Positions 13,698-29,660 of a stretch of 64,000 bases of DNA are shown one piece after another. The DNA is taken from NCBI RefSeq assembly GCF_009914755.1, contig NC_060947.1, one strand, 5' to 3'. Source of the stretch: the human T2T-CHM13v2.0 reference genome, Homo sapiens. A model generated the notes under the pieces. That model was not told where the DNA came from, searched no databases, and saw nothing but the letters and a program-made list of their open reading frames with translations. Made by a program: the position numbers and the translations under genes. Positions within the stretch are counted from its first letter, which is position 1. Each line of letters begins with the position of its first letter.

Positions 13698-14544
13698 GGA
13701 ACCCTCTGAAATTGGCGTTATATCTGTTTTAAGGAGGATAAAATTGATTAATGGAGAGGCTTAACAACTTGTTCACGATCATGGAGCTATTAAGTGAAGG
13801 AAGTAAGATTAAAAACCCAACTCTGCAAAGCCAGGTTTCTGTGTACCTTTGCACATGGCTTCTCAGTAAGCAGGCAGAACAATTTCTCACTAACTGTTCA
13901 CCTAGTTATATATAAAACTGAAAAGCTCAAATGGAGAGATAGTAAAGGATTACAGGAAAGACTTGCAATCTGTTTCTGTGAGTGGTCTGAAATCTACTTA
14001 ACAGATTAAATAGGAGCCAAAAGCCCAGTACTTGAAATCAACTACACCCTCCCCCAACCACATTAAGAATTGTGTTCAGTGAATTTCACTGTGTTGTGAT
14101 GTCATTTACCCATAACACCAGATTGCATAGAAATATTCTAAGGAGGTCATCATGATGTTGGTGGAGATGTTATCAAAGGATTTCTTATTACATTGCAATC
14201 TTTTTTAAATGAAATCTTTTTAAGAATCAGCTGTTAGTATCAGGAAGAATGGTTGCCTCTTTTGAGCAATTGTCTGGTTTTTGTACTGTGGAGCCTGATT
14301 ATGTCACTACATTTTTCCTCAGTATATTAGTTTCTAAGAAAACATTTTGGCTTATTCCAAGTAAGTGACATGACCATACTGTGTCTCATCCGTGACTGCA
14401 GATGGTGTCCCTAATCTTGTTTCAACTTTCTAAAAAATTATTCTAATTCATCTTTTTTGTGTTTTATATTTTTGTGACATACCCAACTTAGGAATAGAAC
14501 TCTTCACGCAAGGAGACATTCAACCTGTAACAGGAACAGGGTAA

Positions 14545-14832
14545 TTTTTTGTTTTGAGACATGGTCTCACTTGGTCCCGTAGGCTAGAGTGCAGTGGCAC
14601 GATCTCAGCTTACTACAGCCTCCACCTCCCGGGCTCAGATGATTCTCCCACTCCACCCTTCCCAGTAGCTGGGACCACAGGCATGTGCCAGCATGCCCAG
14701 CTAATTTTTCGTATTTTTTATAGGGACGAAGTTTTGCCATGTTGCCTAGGCTGGTCTGGAACTCCTGACCTCTAGTGATCCACCTTCCTTGGCCTCCCAA
14801 ATTTCTGGGCTTATGAGCCACTGCGCCCAGCC
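14545..14832 (-). mobile_element. AluJ
   Basis: Diverged reverse Alu dimer. Confidence 0.88.
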
Positions 14833-15086
14833 CTCAGAGTGAATGTTGGAATTCACATGGTAGAATTAGTTATGAAAATCCCTGGAGGTCCTCTGAATCT
14901 TATCTAAAGTACATCCAGAGTTGAACAAATATTTATGTAATATATGTAGTAATCATTGCAAATAGCCAATCAGGATAAGCATGGTTTTATACTTAAGAAG
15001 AGAGACAAATTGGTGTAAGAAAATCTCCCAGAACCTAAAAATCCCTCCCAAATTCAGACATGCAACTTTTAAAATATTTGAATTAA

Positions 15087-15469
<383 letters not shown>

Positions 15470-15719
15470 TATATTAAGTCTTTATAACTTAGTTTAATTG
15501 GGTTATTTGTCTTAGTTTATTTTGCTCATATTAACATATTGTTAATATTATTGTACTAATAAAAATATATTATTGTACAAATAAAAAGTAAATGTAGAAT
15601 AATTATAACCATTTTTGAAGTGAGTAATCTGAGACTCTACTTGCTTACAATTATTTTATTTTTAGATGCTGATAAGATATCTTAACATTTGGAACTTGTT
15701 TTATCTGATTCTTGATTAA

Positions 15720-15880
15720 CAACACTCCAAATTCAGTAAACAATATTTGAGAGCTTATAAAAATTCATATTCCCAGGTCCACATTCATTTATTCTGATTC
15801 ATAGGGGCTAGGGTGAGGCCCTGCCATCACAAGCTATTCCAATGCAGGTTTTCAGAAGACTACACGTTTAGAAACACTAA
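15720..15880. mobile_element. MER5-like hAT-Charlie MITE
   Basis: ttcccaggtccac...ttctgattcataggggctagggtgaggcc...tttagaaacact. Confidence 0.55.
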
Positions 15881-16135
15881 TCTATACACAATGATCTCAA
15901 AACATGTTTCCCTTTTATCGTATACCACTGTTAGTAAATATCTTTTGGCATTTCCTTCAATGTATATATATTTACATTTGAAAAATAACCAGTTAGCACT
16001 ATCAACTCATATTTTTAATGTAAGTAGAGCTTATCTTTTTAATAGAGAATTAATAAACATTTTGTATCTATTGGTTTGAACTTGTTAACATTGTTAACAT
16101 TGGATAAATGTTGTTTATTTGTGCATATTTATATA

Positions 16136-16478
16136 CAGGCCATCCTTCTGTATCCATAGGGGATAGATTTCAGAACCCCCAAGGATATCACAATCCACAA
16201 ATCCCCATGTCCCTGATACAAAATGGCACAGTGTGTGCATGTAACCTACACATATACTTTCATATATTTTAATCATCTCTAGATTACTTAGAACACCTAA
16301 TACAATGTAAATGCTATGTAAATAGTTGTCATAGTGTATGATGTAGGGAATAAAGACCAGGAAAAGAGTCTGTACATATTCAATGTAGATGAAACCATCC
16401 ATTATCTTTTTGAAGATTTTCAATCTGCCTTTGGTTGAATCCATGGATATGGAACCCATGGATACAGAAGGCCAACTG
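16136..16478. mobile_element. MER2 (TcMar-Tigger MITE)
   Basis: TIRs caggccatccttctgtatccatagg / ccatggatacagaaggccaactg with TA flanks; internal catctctagattactta..acctaatacaatgtaaatgctatgtaaatagttg. Confidence 0.85.
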
Positions 16479-16596
16479 TATTCATCAATACAATCTATTT
16501 TTAAACAGCAGGCTCAAATAGACTCTTAATATCTACTTGTTGAGTATTTCACTCTTAATATCTGCTTGTTGAGTAGTTCAAATTAAAATTCCAAGA

Positions 16597-16724
16597 TTTT
16601 TAAAATATAGAGATGTGGTCTTGCTATGTTGCCCAGACTGGCCTTGAACTCTTGGCCTCAAGCAATCTTCCTGCCTCAGACTCCCCAGTAGCTGGAATTT
16701 TAGGCACATGCCACTGTGTCCACC
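16597..16724 (-). mobile_element. FLAM (Alu monomer)
   Basis: Single Alu arm; TSD-like ttccaaga on both sides. Confidence 0.8.
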
Positions 16725-16960
16725 TGAAAGTTCCAAGAATTTATGAGTTTATTTTTTAAACATCATAGATAAAACCATTTATATTATTAAATATGTTCTT
16801 CAAAAATGCCATTTAAATCTCATTTTAAAATATACTTTGAAAGATATTCATCTTATAAGTTTCCTATTAGAGGATAATTTTTATTCTATTTCCATCTCCA
16901 CCGCTGTTTTTCTTCTTGAATGTGACATTGAAGTGTAATATCTCTTTATTTTTTAATTAG

Positions 16961-17059
16961 GTGTGGAACATCCCAGGAATCTTGTCATGGATCATTGCTG
17001 GGATAGCTTCATCTATGAGAGTTCTGCCTTCAGATTTAGTTCTCCGAGTGAAATACAAG
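16961..17059 (+). CDS. CFAP47: Internal coding exon (SVEHPRNLVMDHCWDSFIYESSAFRFSSPSEIQG)
   Basis: Acceptor ctctttattttttaattag|G, donor AAG|gtacag; 99 nt, phase 1/1; overlaps ORF 16963..17196. Confidence 0.78.
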
Positions 17060-17481
17060 GTACAGGATTTCTACCTTACATTCTATCATTCTGTTTGTTG
17101 TTGCATTTCAGAGATAATGAAATATATGTCTGTTGCCTTAGTAAATATTTAACACAAATTAAAAATATAATTTTAAAATTTTGGAACAAATTTTAGTAAG
17201 TTGATAGAAAAACATGGATGGTAAAACATATATATATATATATATTACATTTGTATTATTTTTAATTCCTCAGGACATAAGTAAGATTTGCCAAGTATTT
17301 TAACTTTGAAATTTTCCATGGTTGAATAGCATACCACTTAACACATGGTTATATGAGTCAAGAAAGATTTCAGAAAATTATAAATAGTGTGTTAAAACTA
17401 CTGGTACTAATAAAAAGTAGTATATTGATAGTAATAAAAAGTAGTATCAGTAGTTTTAATACTAATAAAAAGTATCAGTAG

Positions 17482-17899
<418 letters not shown>

Positions 17900-18679
17900 T
17901 AACCACCCCACCTGTGTATTGATGAATAGGAAAAATTCTAAGAACTAATGAAGTTTCTTAAAAATCTAACGCTAAAAAATTATGAATTTGCTTAACAATA
18001 ACAATGTTTTAAAAATATAAAACATAATTGTTTTGGTAAATATGAATTATCTTAACATAATTAATACAAAAATACTGACTGAAATAAATAACCACTACTA
18101 ACATTTCAGTAAGAATGGGTTAATTAAGTTCTCTTAAATTTTCTGTAGCCATAGCCATTTATAAAAACATCCTAAATGTCATTAATTGAATTCATTTGCT
18201 ACAACTTCAAGGGACAGGTGGATGTTATTATTATTCTCACTGAATTATGGAGAGTGCAATTCAGAAAAATTAACTTACACAGAATCAAAATAATTGCTTA
18301 ATGGCATACTTGAATCTTTTTGTGTTTCAAAATTTTTCTTTCTATTTCTTTGCAATGCATTAAAAAGAGTATGAACAACAGTTCACAAAAGATAAAGTAC
18401 AAATGGGCAAAAAATGGTTTAAAATATGTTCAATGTCACTAATAATCAGATACTGATTTTTAAAAATGACCATCTAGATTTTTTCCCTTTTTTTAAGTTT
18501 GTTTTTGTCTTTTAATGGAACTACAAATGCTAATGTTTCTATAGTGAAACTGGAATAATCAAACAATACTGATGGAAATACAAATTACTACATAGTTTTT
18601 GGAAAGCACTCTTTGTAATGTATAAAAAGAAACTTTGTAACTGTCATTCTTTTGACCTAGTAATGCCAATTCTGTTGGT

Positions 18680-19440
18680 TGCAATGTAAAGTAGTACAAC
18701 TGCTATGGAGATCAGTTTGGAGGTTCCTCAGAAAACTAAAACTACACCTACCATATGATCCAGCAATCCCACTGCTAGGTATATAACCTTAAGAAAGGAA
18801 ATCAGTACATTGAAGAGATATCTGTACCTCCATGTTTATTGCAGCACTATTCACAATAGCCCAGATTTGGAAGTAACCTAAGTGTCCATCAACAGATGAA
18901 TGTATGAAGTAAATATGGTACATATATACAGTGTAGTAGTATTCAGCCATAAAAGAGAGAGAGAGAGATACTGCCATTTGCAACAACGTGGATAGAACTG
19001 TAGGTCATTATGTTAAGTGAAAGACAGGCTTCTCATGTTCTCACTTATTTGTGGGATCTAAAAATAAAACAATTGAACTCATGGAGATGGAGAGTAGAAT
19101 GATGGTTACCAGAGATTGGGAAGAGTAATGGGTGGCGGTGGGGCCATGAGGGGAAGAGGGCAGGTTGATGGGTACCAAAAAATAGAAAGAATGAATAAGT
19201 TCTGGTATTTCATAACACAACAAAGTGACTATAGTAAAAAATAATTTAATTGTACATTTAAAAATAACTGAAAGGGTATAATTGGACTATTTGTAACACA
19301 AAGAGTAAATGCTTGAGGTGATGGATATCTCATTTACCCTGATGTGATTATCACACATTCTATGCCTGTATCAAAATATCCCATATACCCCATGAATATA
19401 TATACCTACCAGATACCCACAAAAATTAAAAATTGAAACA
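18680..19440 (+). mobile_element. L1MA 3' fragment (ORF2 end + 3'UTR)
   Basis: ccatatgatccagcaatcccactgctaggtata...aaatgcttgaggtgatggata...cccacaaaaattaaaaatt. Confidence 0.85.
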
Positions 19441-22400
19441 AAGATATATTCAAAGTATGGTTAATGTATGAATAAATATACTTGATGTTGCATTTTTTAT
19501 AATAGCAAAAAATTGAAAACTGCCTTCATGTCAAATAATATTGTTATATTTGTGGCAACTATTTATACGTCTGCTTATACTTAATTTCACTGATTCATTA
19601 AATACGTGAGCCATTTTCTGTTTTTAACATTTCTTCCATTGATTCTACACTATCAATGTCATTCCACATTTTGAAATCAATTGAAAATTCACCTACATTT
19701 TCTTTTTCTTCTCCTTTGTTTTTAATGAGGAAATGGTTACAGGTAGGTAGGCAACTTTTACTCCTTCAATTTATCTATATTGTGCTTTTTTGCTGTGTAA
19801 TGAAAACCTAATTTGATTGCCCCTCACTTAATTAGCCACTTTTCCATTTTTTCTTGAATAATAATTATTATTTTGTTGCTATTTATGTTTGCAATGTGAC
19901 TTATCTGATATTCAGATCATATATATACTTTTCCCTGCATCTGTATTTCAGATCTAATGCCAGTGCCATACAGTTTAAACCCCATGGTTTTGTTTTCTTA
20001 TTTTATTTCTTTCTCTCTGGTGTCTTTAAATGATTTATTTTCTCTTACCTACTTATTCTTCTAGTAAAAATTATAATAAATTTTTATCAAGTCCCGCCCA
20101 AATCCCAATTATTATTTAATGGCAATTACATTTGGGGACAACTACATCTTTATAGTATTTAAACTTCTTTTTCAGGGCCATTCATTTCCTCACTATTTTG
20201 AAACACAGTATTTATGACTGCCGATAAAATCTATATTTACAAAACAAAAATATAAACCTTCTAATAACTACTTTTATTTTAAATACTACAATTAGTAGTT
20301 ATATATAATGCAATTTTTATGCAACAAAGAGACCAACATTTGTGTTCCATTTTAAGAATTTTAGCTTGAAAAATAGAAATTAAATGTAGTTTATTAATTA
20401 TAATTTCTATTTTTCTTATTGTCATAAAATATTTTTTCAAATTTAAACCAGTTTCTTGGTGAATTTCTTATTGTCTTCTCTAGTTTCTGCCATGACTTGC
20501 TTTCTAAGATAAACAATGCACACTGGCCTATGTAGTGTTTTTGACAGTTCATGATGTGCTCCCTGCTGCTCTATATAATAAGATCTCCAAAGGGGCTTGT
20601 TTATTTTATAGAAACTTTTTGTTTGCTCTGATATTTTACATGCTATAATACTAGTTGTAGGAGTTTTTCTGCTTATTTGAGGAACATAAAACATTAAGAG
20701 TACAACAGAAATGGGAGTTTGGCTTCTTATGTCACTATTGGCATAAGACATTGGGGCACTATTGGTACTATAAAAATTACCTCTAGGGACACTATCATGT
20801 AACAGAAAAAGCATTTATACCCTTAAAACTAAGTGTTCCTACATTAACATAGAACATTTTCTTGGTGAATATTTGAGAACTGAAAAGATTACCTTATCCT
20901 TGACCAGTGTTTACCTAAGTATTTTGTAAAAACAAGAACACAAAGAAACAGAAACAACTAAGTTATATACACCTACTATGTAGCTACAAAAATAGAATTA
21001 AAAACAAATAAAAACCTTAAGTTCTATGCTTAAATGAATTTGAGAAATACTTGGCTAAACAAAGTTTATTTATGGCAGGGTTTCCTAGGCCTTTTTTTTT
21101 TTCTCTCTCTCTCTAATGCTATGTGTATTTTTAGGTAGAGGAAGTGATATGTATTTCAAAATGTATTTGGCCAAGAAATATACTTTTGTAAATGTTATTT
21201 TCTCATAAACTGATTCAGCAGGGAAGTTCTAAACTTGCACCTTCTAATTTGCCATATGATGTGACAATGCATTCTATTCAATTTTATTCAATATTAGGCA
21301 GTAAGGGAGACTGAGTGACAACTGTTACGACTAACATATGTTCCTCAAGTATGAATGCTACTGCTTCATTTCATAATAGCAGCCATTCTATTCATCATCC
21401 CAGTCAATCTGACTTTACAAAAATTTTAGTCTCTGTATTACAAAAGGACATGGATAAAAATAATTTCTGTAATTATTTCTCATATTACTTTCTTTCAGAA
21501 ATTTTATAATTCCTTGTGCTTATAAAGTTGTTTAGTAAAATTAGATCTAGATGTAGTTATATGTTGACCTAGATTGGAGCTCTAGCCACTGAAACTATAT
21601 TTTTCCCATTGGAAAAAGGGTTCACAGCCCTTTTATTCCTTTAAGCAAATATATATTTCTAGAAATTATTTCCTTGGAATGAGCTTCATACTATACTATA
21701 GATAGTGAAGTACTTCATTTTGTTTTTAGAAAGTTCACTGTTCCTTTCGTTATCATTCAAAACTGGTGACAAGGACTAGACAGGAAGAAGAAAAGGGTCT
21801 TTCTGTCAGTGAAGAATCTTAACCTGCCAGGTTTTCACTTTGAAATGTTATCTTGTCTACAGATTTAATTAGGTCAAATAACCAAGAACGACACAAGAGT
21901 GTAGGTGAATTGTGATTTCAAAGGACATCCTTCTACAAAGCTAATAAAGTTATAGGACTTGCAGTATTCTTTTTTCTCTTTTAATAGGAAATAATCAAAT
22001 GTTACTGAAACAAGATTAAACTTGTGGAAATACATTAGCTGTAACATCGTACTGGGTCATCTGACTAACATTTAAAAAAAGTTGGAGGTTTAGCATTATT
22101 ACATCTCTAGTGTTACATACTGTAGCACTAGAGAATAAAGTACTACTTTACAAATCTACACATAGATGTAAAATTAGACCTAGAATGTTAGGAAGGCAGC
22201 CAAGGTATGGGGACTGAGCATTATGGTCAAATAATCTGTGTTCTTCTTTTGACTGTAACATGGATAAGCTGTATTAGCTTGGGCTAGTTTCTATCCTGTA
22301 AGAACCCTATTTTGGACATTATTAAAAAATCAGTTTTACCTAGTAAGACTTTTTGATAAACATACACAATTGTGTATGTGAAGACATTTCTAAACACTAA

Positions 22401-22949
22401 AACTATGTACAAATATATGTTATTGGGATTATTATAGATGAAAATAGGTTAACTTCAAAATGGACTTCTACTTTTCCTCAATTTTATAGGAAACAAGATC
22501 TTTCACCTGCTGTTACATGCCAGGAAATACATTACTGGAAAAGAAAGAAATAGTTATTTTTCTTATGAAATCCATTTTTTTTCTAGATGAAATAATTCCT
22601 AAACAAATGGTTTTAATTTTATAAACTAAAATTACTAATTGATTAAATAATTTTGGTATCTTGGTGAATACCAGTTTTCTAGAAAATAACTTTTTATGGG
22701 ACTGTTGATATCTATATCTACAGTTACATCTATATCTAGATTTAAATAGATATAAAAAATTATCCAGCCTTATTCCTTTTGACATTCCTAATCCTTCATA
22801 TATTTTACTCTTCCTCAACATTTCTGTTAGAAAAGACTCTCCATATTTCAGTTATTCGTATGTTACCTTCACAATTTTTGGCATACCTTTGTATCACCTA
22901 TATAATAATTTAAAGGCATTCTAATGGAAAACGGTGTCATTTACCATGA

Positions 22950-23170
22950 ACAATAGCAATATACAATGTGCCAGGAGCTATTTTAATCACTTTACAAATA
23001 TTAATTGATTTAGTCCTTACAACACTATAAGATAAATTCCATTAATATTCCTATGTTAGAGATGAGTATGCTGAGATATATAGGAGTTGTGCCCAAGAAC
23101 TCACAGACAGTACGTGCTGGAACTTAGGTTTGAATTTGGGGCTTAGACTCTTACCCTCTACACAGTACTT
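22950..23170 (-). mobile_element. MIR
   Basis: aatgtgccagg...ttagtccttacaacactataagata...gatgagtatgctgag. Confidence 0.65.
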
Positions 23171-23234
23171 CTATAAAACACCAATAAATAACTTAAAAAA
23201 TGTAAACATATAGATCCCAGTATCACTCGAAAGT

Positions 23235-23610
23235 ATCTTAAACATCACTGTTACGGAATAGTTTTCCTGGGAAGAAGACTCTGAAAGGAGGGTAGTGGGT
23301 AGGAAGTGTATTAGGGAGTGCTCTGAGGATCAACACAACTGAGGGAAGAGGATGAAGCAGGATTGAGTAGGGGGAGAAGGTGGGGACAAAGGTGTCAGCT
23401 CACACAATGGCTAGCACTGAAGCTAGGATAGCTCCTCAGAGTTGCCCCAATTTGGGATGAAGATGCCAGGATTTTACACATCCCTCCCTCACCTTCCACA
23501 TCAATTCATCATTGAATGCACTCTGCCCTCAGGAAAGGAGTTTTACCTTGGTCAGGTGACTCTCTTCAGCTGAAATTTAGGTACTATATACTGGCAATAA
23601 TCTCAATAAT
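23235..23610 (-). mobile_element. LTR33-like ERVL LTR
   Basis: ttcctgggaagaagactctgaaa...ggaagtgtattagggagtgctctgaggatcaacac...cctcagagttgcccc. Confidence 0.6.
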
Positions 23611-23719
23611 CTGGGGCATAAAAAAGTCATGAAGATATAGTTCTCTTTTACCTAGAAGCTTTGTTGTTTACTTTTCATAATTTCGTTACTCTCCATAATT
23701 TCAAGTATGGTAAGATATA

Positions 23720-24056
23720 GGACTCAAAGTTCCATTTAGTCATTATGTATACCAAATTTTCCTAGCAGCATTTATGGTTAAAGCCATACATTTTTTCATT
23801 GATTTTTTGTGCTATTTTTCTCCCAAGTCAGGTAACAGTATATGTATGAGCCTGTTTCTAGACTTTATTTAGTTCAAATATTCTATTCATCTATCCTTGC
23901 AGTAATACCATACTGTCCACTACTACAGCTTATAGTAAGTCTTGATATTTGGTAACATCAATACTTCAAACTTTTTCTCTTGTTCAGGATTTTTATAGTT
24001 ATTCTAGATCCTTTGCACTTACAGAAGAATTTTGGAATCAGCTAGCCAATTTCCAA

Positions 24057-24087
<31 letters not shown>

Positions 24088-24110
24088 TGCTAGGATTTTG
24101 ATTTGAATTG
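23720..24110 (-). mobile_element. Old L1M ORF2 fragment containing (CA)n at ~24056-24083
   Basis: cagcttatagtaagtcttgat...aattttggaatcagct...ggattttgatttgaattg. Confidence 0.7.
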
Positions 24111-24600
24111 TGCTATAAAGATACCCAAAAATTTAGAAGCGACTTTGAAACTGGGTAATAGGTAGAGAGTTGAACAGTTTGGAGGGCTTAGAAGACAAGA
24201 AGATGTGGGAAAGTTTGGAACTTCCTAGAAACTTGTTGAATGGCTTTGATCAAAATGCTCATAGTGATATGGACAATGCAGTCCAGGCTGAGGTGGTCTC
24301 AGATGGAGATGAGGAACTTATTAGGAACTGGAATAAAGGTGATTCTTGCTATGCTTTAGCAAAGAGACTGGCGGCATTTTGCCCCTGCCCTAGAGATTTG
24401 CGGAACTTTGAACTTGAGAGAGATGATTTAGCGTACCTGCAGAAGAAATTTCTAAGCAGCAAAGTGTTCAAGATGTGACCTGGGAGCTCTTAAGAGTGTT
24501 CAGTTTTAGGAATTCACAAAGAGATGGTTTGGAATTGGAACTTATATTTAAAAGGGAAGCATAGCATAAAACTTGGGAAAATTTTCAGCCTGACAATGCA
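24111..24600 (+). mobile_element. MaLR internal region (MST/THE1-int) 5' fragment, no flanking LTR
   Basis: ORF 24170..24478 (KMWESLELPR..GFDQNA.SDMDN.VQAEVVSDGDEEL..NW.KGDSCY.LAKRLAAFCPCPRDL) is the degenerate MaLR-int ORF. Confidence 0.88.
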
Positions 24601-25872
24601 ACTGGGGGAAGGACACTCTCTTCTATAAATGGTGTGGGGATAACTGGCTAGCCATATACAAAAGTATGAAACTGGACCCTTCCTTTCACCATATACAAAA
24701 ATTAACGCAGGGTATATTAGAGATGTATATGTAAGACCTCAAACTGTAAAAATCCTACAAGAAAATCTAGAGAATATCTTTCTCTACATTGGCCTTGGTG
24801 AAGAATTTTCAGCTAAATCACCAGAATCCATTGCAAAAAAAACAAAAAATTGACAAGTGGGACCTAATTAAACTAAAGTTTTCTGCACAGAAACAAACAG
24901 ACCAACAAACATACAAAAACCTGTAGACACAGTAAACACATTGGGAGAAAATAGTCACAAACTTTACATCTGACAAAGGTCTAGTATCCAGAATCTATAA
25001 GGAACTTCAACAAATCAACAAGCCAAAAACAAATAATCTCATTAAAAATGGACAAAGGACACGAAAAAACACTTTTCAAAAGAAGATGTAAAAGTAGCCA
25101 ACAAACGTATGAAAAAATGCTAAACATCACTAATCATTAGAGAAATGCAAATCAAAACCACAAGGCCGTACCATCTCACGCTAGTCAGAATGGCTATTAT
25201 TAAAAAATCAAATAATATCTGATGCTGGCATGGTTGTGGAGAAAACCAAACTCTTCTACGCTGTTGGTGTGAATGTAAATTAGTTCAACTTCTGTGGAAA
25301 GCTATTTGGAGATTTCTCAAAGAAGTTAAAACAGAGCGTCCATTTGACCCAGCAATTCCATTACTGGGTATATACTCAAAAGAAAATAAATCATTCTACC
25401 AAAAAAGACTCAAGCATGCATATGTTCATCATAACATTATTCACAATAGCAAAGATATGCAATCAATCTAGGTGCCCATCAACCGTGGACTGAAAAAAGA
25501 AAATGTGGTACATATATATCATGCAGCAATAAAAAACAATGACATCCTGTCCTCTGCAGCAACGTGAATGCAGCTGAAGGCAATAATCCTAAGTAAGTTA
25601 ATGCAGGAACAGAAAATGAAATACCATATGCTCTCACTTATAAGTGGGAGAGAAACATTGAGTACACATGGACATAATTATGGGAAACAATAAACACTGT
25701 GAGGGTGGGAGGGAAGGGGGATTGAGTTGAAAAACGACTCATTGCGTACTATGCTCACTACGTGCATGATGGGATTCATACCCCACACCTCAGCATCATG
25801 CAATATACCCATGTAACAAACCCACACATGTTCCCTCTGTAGAGAATATAAAAGGTGAAATTATTTTTTAAA
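24601..25872 (+). mobile_element. 5'-truncated L1PB/L1PA16-17-like element
   Basis: ORF2 3' part plus 3'UTR cctcagcatcatgcaatataccc atgtaacaaacc. Confidence 0.85.
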
Positions 25873-25879
25873 AGACTCC

Positions 25880-27360
<1,481 letters not shown>

Positions 27361-27969
27361 AAAAATAAGTCAGTTGAAAAATATCATTTCTGGCATTATT
27401 TCAGACATCATTTTTGTTTTGTTTTGTTATTAAAAATCTATTGCATAGTATATAATTTCTATAAGATCAAGGGTTTTATTTTTAATTTAAGGTAAATTTG
27501 GGTAAGTAATTTGATGAGTTTTGGTTGCTACTTTACAAAAAGCAGAACAAGGAGGATATCAAAACTAGACAGCTTATGTTCATTCCTGGAAAAATCCTTG
27601 ATATACCATTAGAATAATGTAAAATGCTTAAAATAAAAGCAAACATGACAAGTAGCAATAGCACAGATAAATTAAGAGCAAGTTCTGGCATGATAATCTA
27701 ATTTTATTTTGCTAAATTCTTATATTTTTGAAAATGTGTAATAATTATATTCTTTATTTTCAACAAAGCATTGGATAAATCTATCATAATATCTTTTTGT
27801 ACAAGTATGTGTATTTTAGTACATTGAACACTTATATCCCAAACTTCTGTTAAATGATCTTTACAGATTTTCAATAATTATAGTCACTCGCTTCCTTATG
27901 CTTTCAATTTTATTATCTATCTTCCAGCTTCTATTAATATTCACTAGGCAAAACTAGAACCATGATAAA

Positions 27970-28430
27970 TTAGTCAGTGATTGCTGCATTAATACTGAGT
28001 AGCAAACAACCCTATAATCTGTGTCTTACAACCAGAAACATTTATTTATATTTTTGCTCATGGATCTGCTTATCAGCTGGGCATTTTAGATTTTTGCATC
28101 AGATTAAGGACTGCTCTATATATTTACACATTCTGAGACATAGCTAGAACATGTTTTTCTCATTGTAGTTAGAAGATGCACAAGAGGGCAAGTGGAAATC
28201 CGATATACCTCTTAAGTTCTCAACTTGTATATTATCACCTAAATCCACATTCCATTGGCCAAATTAAGTCACATGGTTATACTCATTATCAATGAAGATG
28301 GGAAATATACTCTGCCTACCTTAACATGGGATGCATCAATGTCAAATCAAAATCAAAGCAAGGGCCATGATTACATAATAATAAAGAGGAGTGAAATATC
28401 TGGAACAGTAACCCAGTCTACTACATAAGG
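27970..28430 (-). mobile_element. Old MLT1-type LTR
   Basis: tagtcagtgattgctgc...aacatttattt..tgctcatggatctg...cacattccattggccaaattaagtcacatgg. Confidence 0.55.
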
Positions 28431-28499
28431 CACAAGCCAGCTCTCTGCTCTTTCTACACTTGCACGCAAATAGCTGAACGTGGCTGGAGGACAAAGAAA

Positions 28500-29660
28500 G
28501 CAAAAAAGAAAGCTCTGACTTTACTTCCGTTACTAAGACTAAATTGTCTGTGCCACCATCTAAAGCCAGCCCCTCTACTCGAACCCTAGATTCTGCCTTT
28601 TCTAATTTTTCAATGATCATACCCGTCAATTATCCCTCATGTCACCTATATCTACCTATATCAATGTTTCCCTCTTTTAGATTATTCCTACAGTATATAC
28701 CAGCAAGTTACAATATCAATATATATAAATAAACACTTTGATCCCATCGTCCAGTTACTTCTCTTACGAATCAAAATTCCTAGAAAGAGTTGTCTGTATT
28801 AACTGTCTGTACTTCTTTACCACCAATTTTCTAACTTACTTCATTGAAGACTTAATCCTGTCAACTTTACTGAAATTGCTTTTGTTAAAAAAATCAGGGC
28901 TTCCGTGCTGCAAAATTTAAAGGTTAATCTCTTTATCTTACGTTCTCTCTCAATAGCATTTAATATAATTGATTTTTCTCTCCTTCTTGAAATGTTATAT
29001 TCACTTGACTATTTTTTTTCTAATCTGTCATTGTTCACTCTTCCTAAGTCTTCTTTTCTGCTCTTATATGCCATCATAACTCTAAATTTTGGCTTGATTG
29101 TGGACTCACTCCTGCCTCTTCTTTAGTTATATTATCTTCCTGGTCATTTATTGCAGGCTGGTGGATACCATCTATACATTGTGACTTCCTAATTTATATT
29201 TCCAACTATAAATTCTCTCCTGAGTTATAATAGCACATTTTCTTCTTCACATGGATATCCAGTACACTTCTCAAACTAAATATTATTCTTGATATATTTG
29301 CCCCCTCATTCTCTTCCTAATTTACTCCCCAAAGATTTCTCCATATCAGTTAATGGCACCATTATTTATCTAGTTTTATCTTGCCAAAAACTTAGGAGTC
29401 ATACTTAATTTATTTTTGTCTCACTGCAAATTTCCAACACATTAGTAAATACTGATAGTAAAGCCATCAAGATGTATCACATTTCTGACCACTTCTTACT
29501 ACCTCCACCACTTACACCCTCATCTACGCCAACCTAAGCTGCTGCAACAGCTTCCTTTATTTCAGTCTTGCACCAAGCAGTCTATTCAAACAGAACCCGG
29601 AGTAATATTCTGTAACAAAAAATAAATTGGGTCATATCAACATGTTGTTTAAAACCTCCT
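28500..29660 (+). mobile_element. L2 LINE fragment
   Basis: Pyrimidine-rich L2-like motifs, e.g. catatcagttaatggcacca..., gccaaaaacttaggagtcat. Confidence 0.6.

Noticed and set aside
16522-16575. 29-bp-period tandem duplication (actcttaatatct(a/g)cttgttgagta); similar 17-bp duplication at ~10828-10860
   Set aside because: Two-copy slippage duplications with no spacers; not CRISPR-like and no function evident.
24170-24478. 102-aa acidic ORF that looks like a real protein
   Set aside because: Degenerate MaLR-internal ORF; non-ATG start and truncated.
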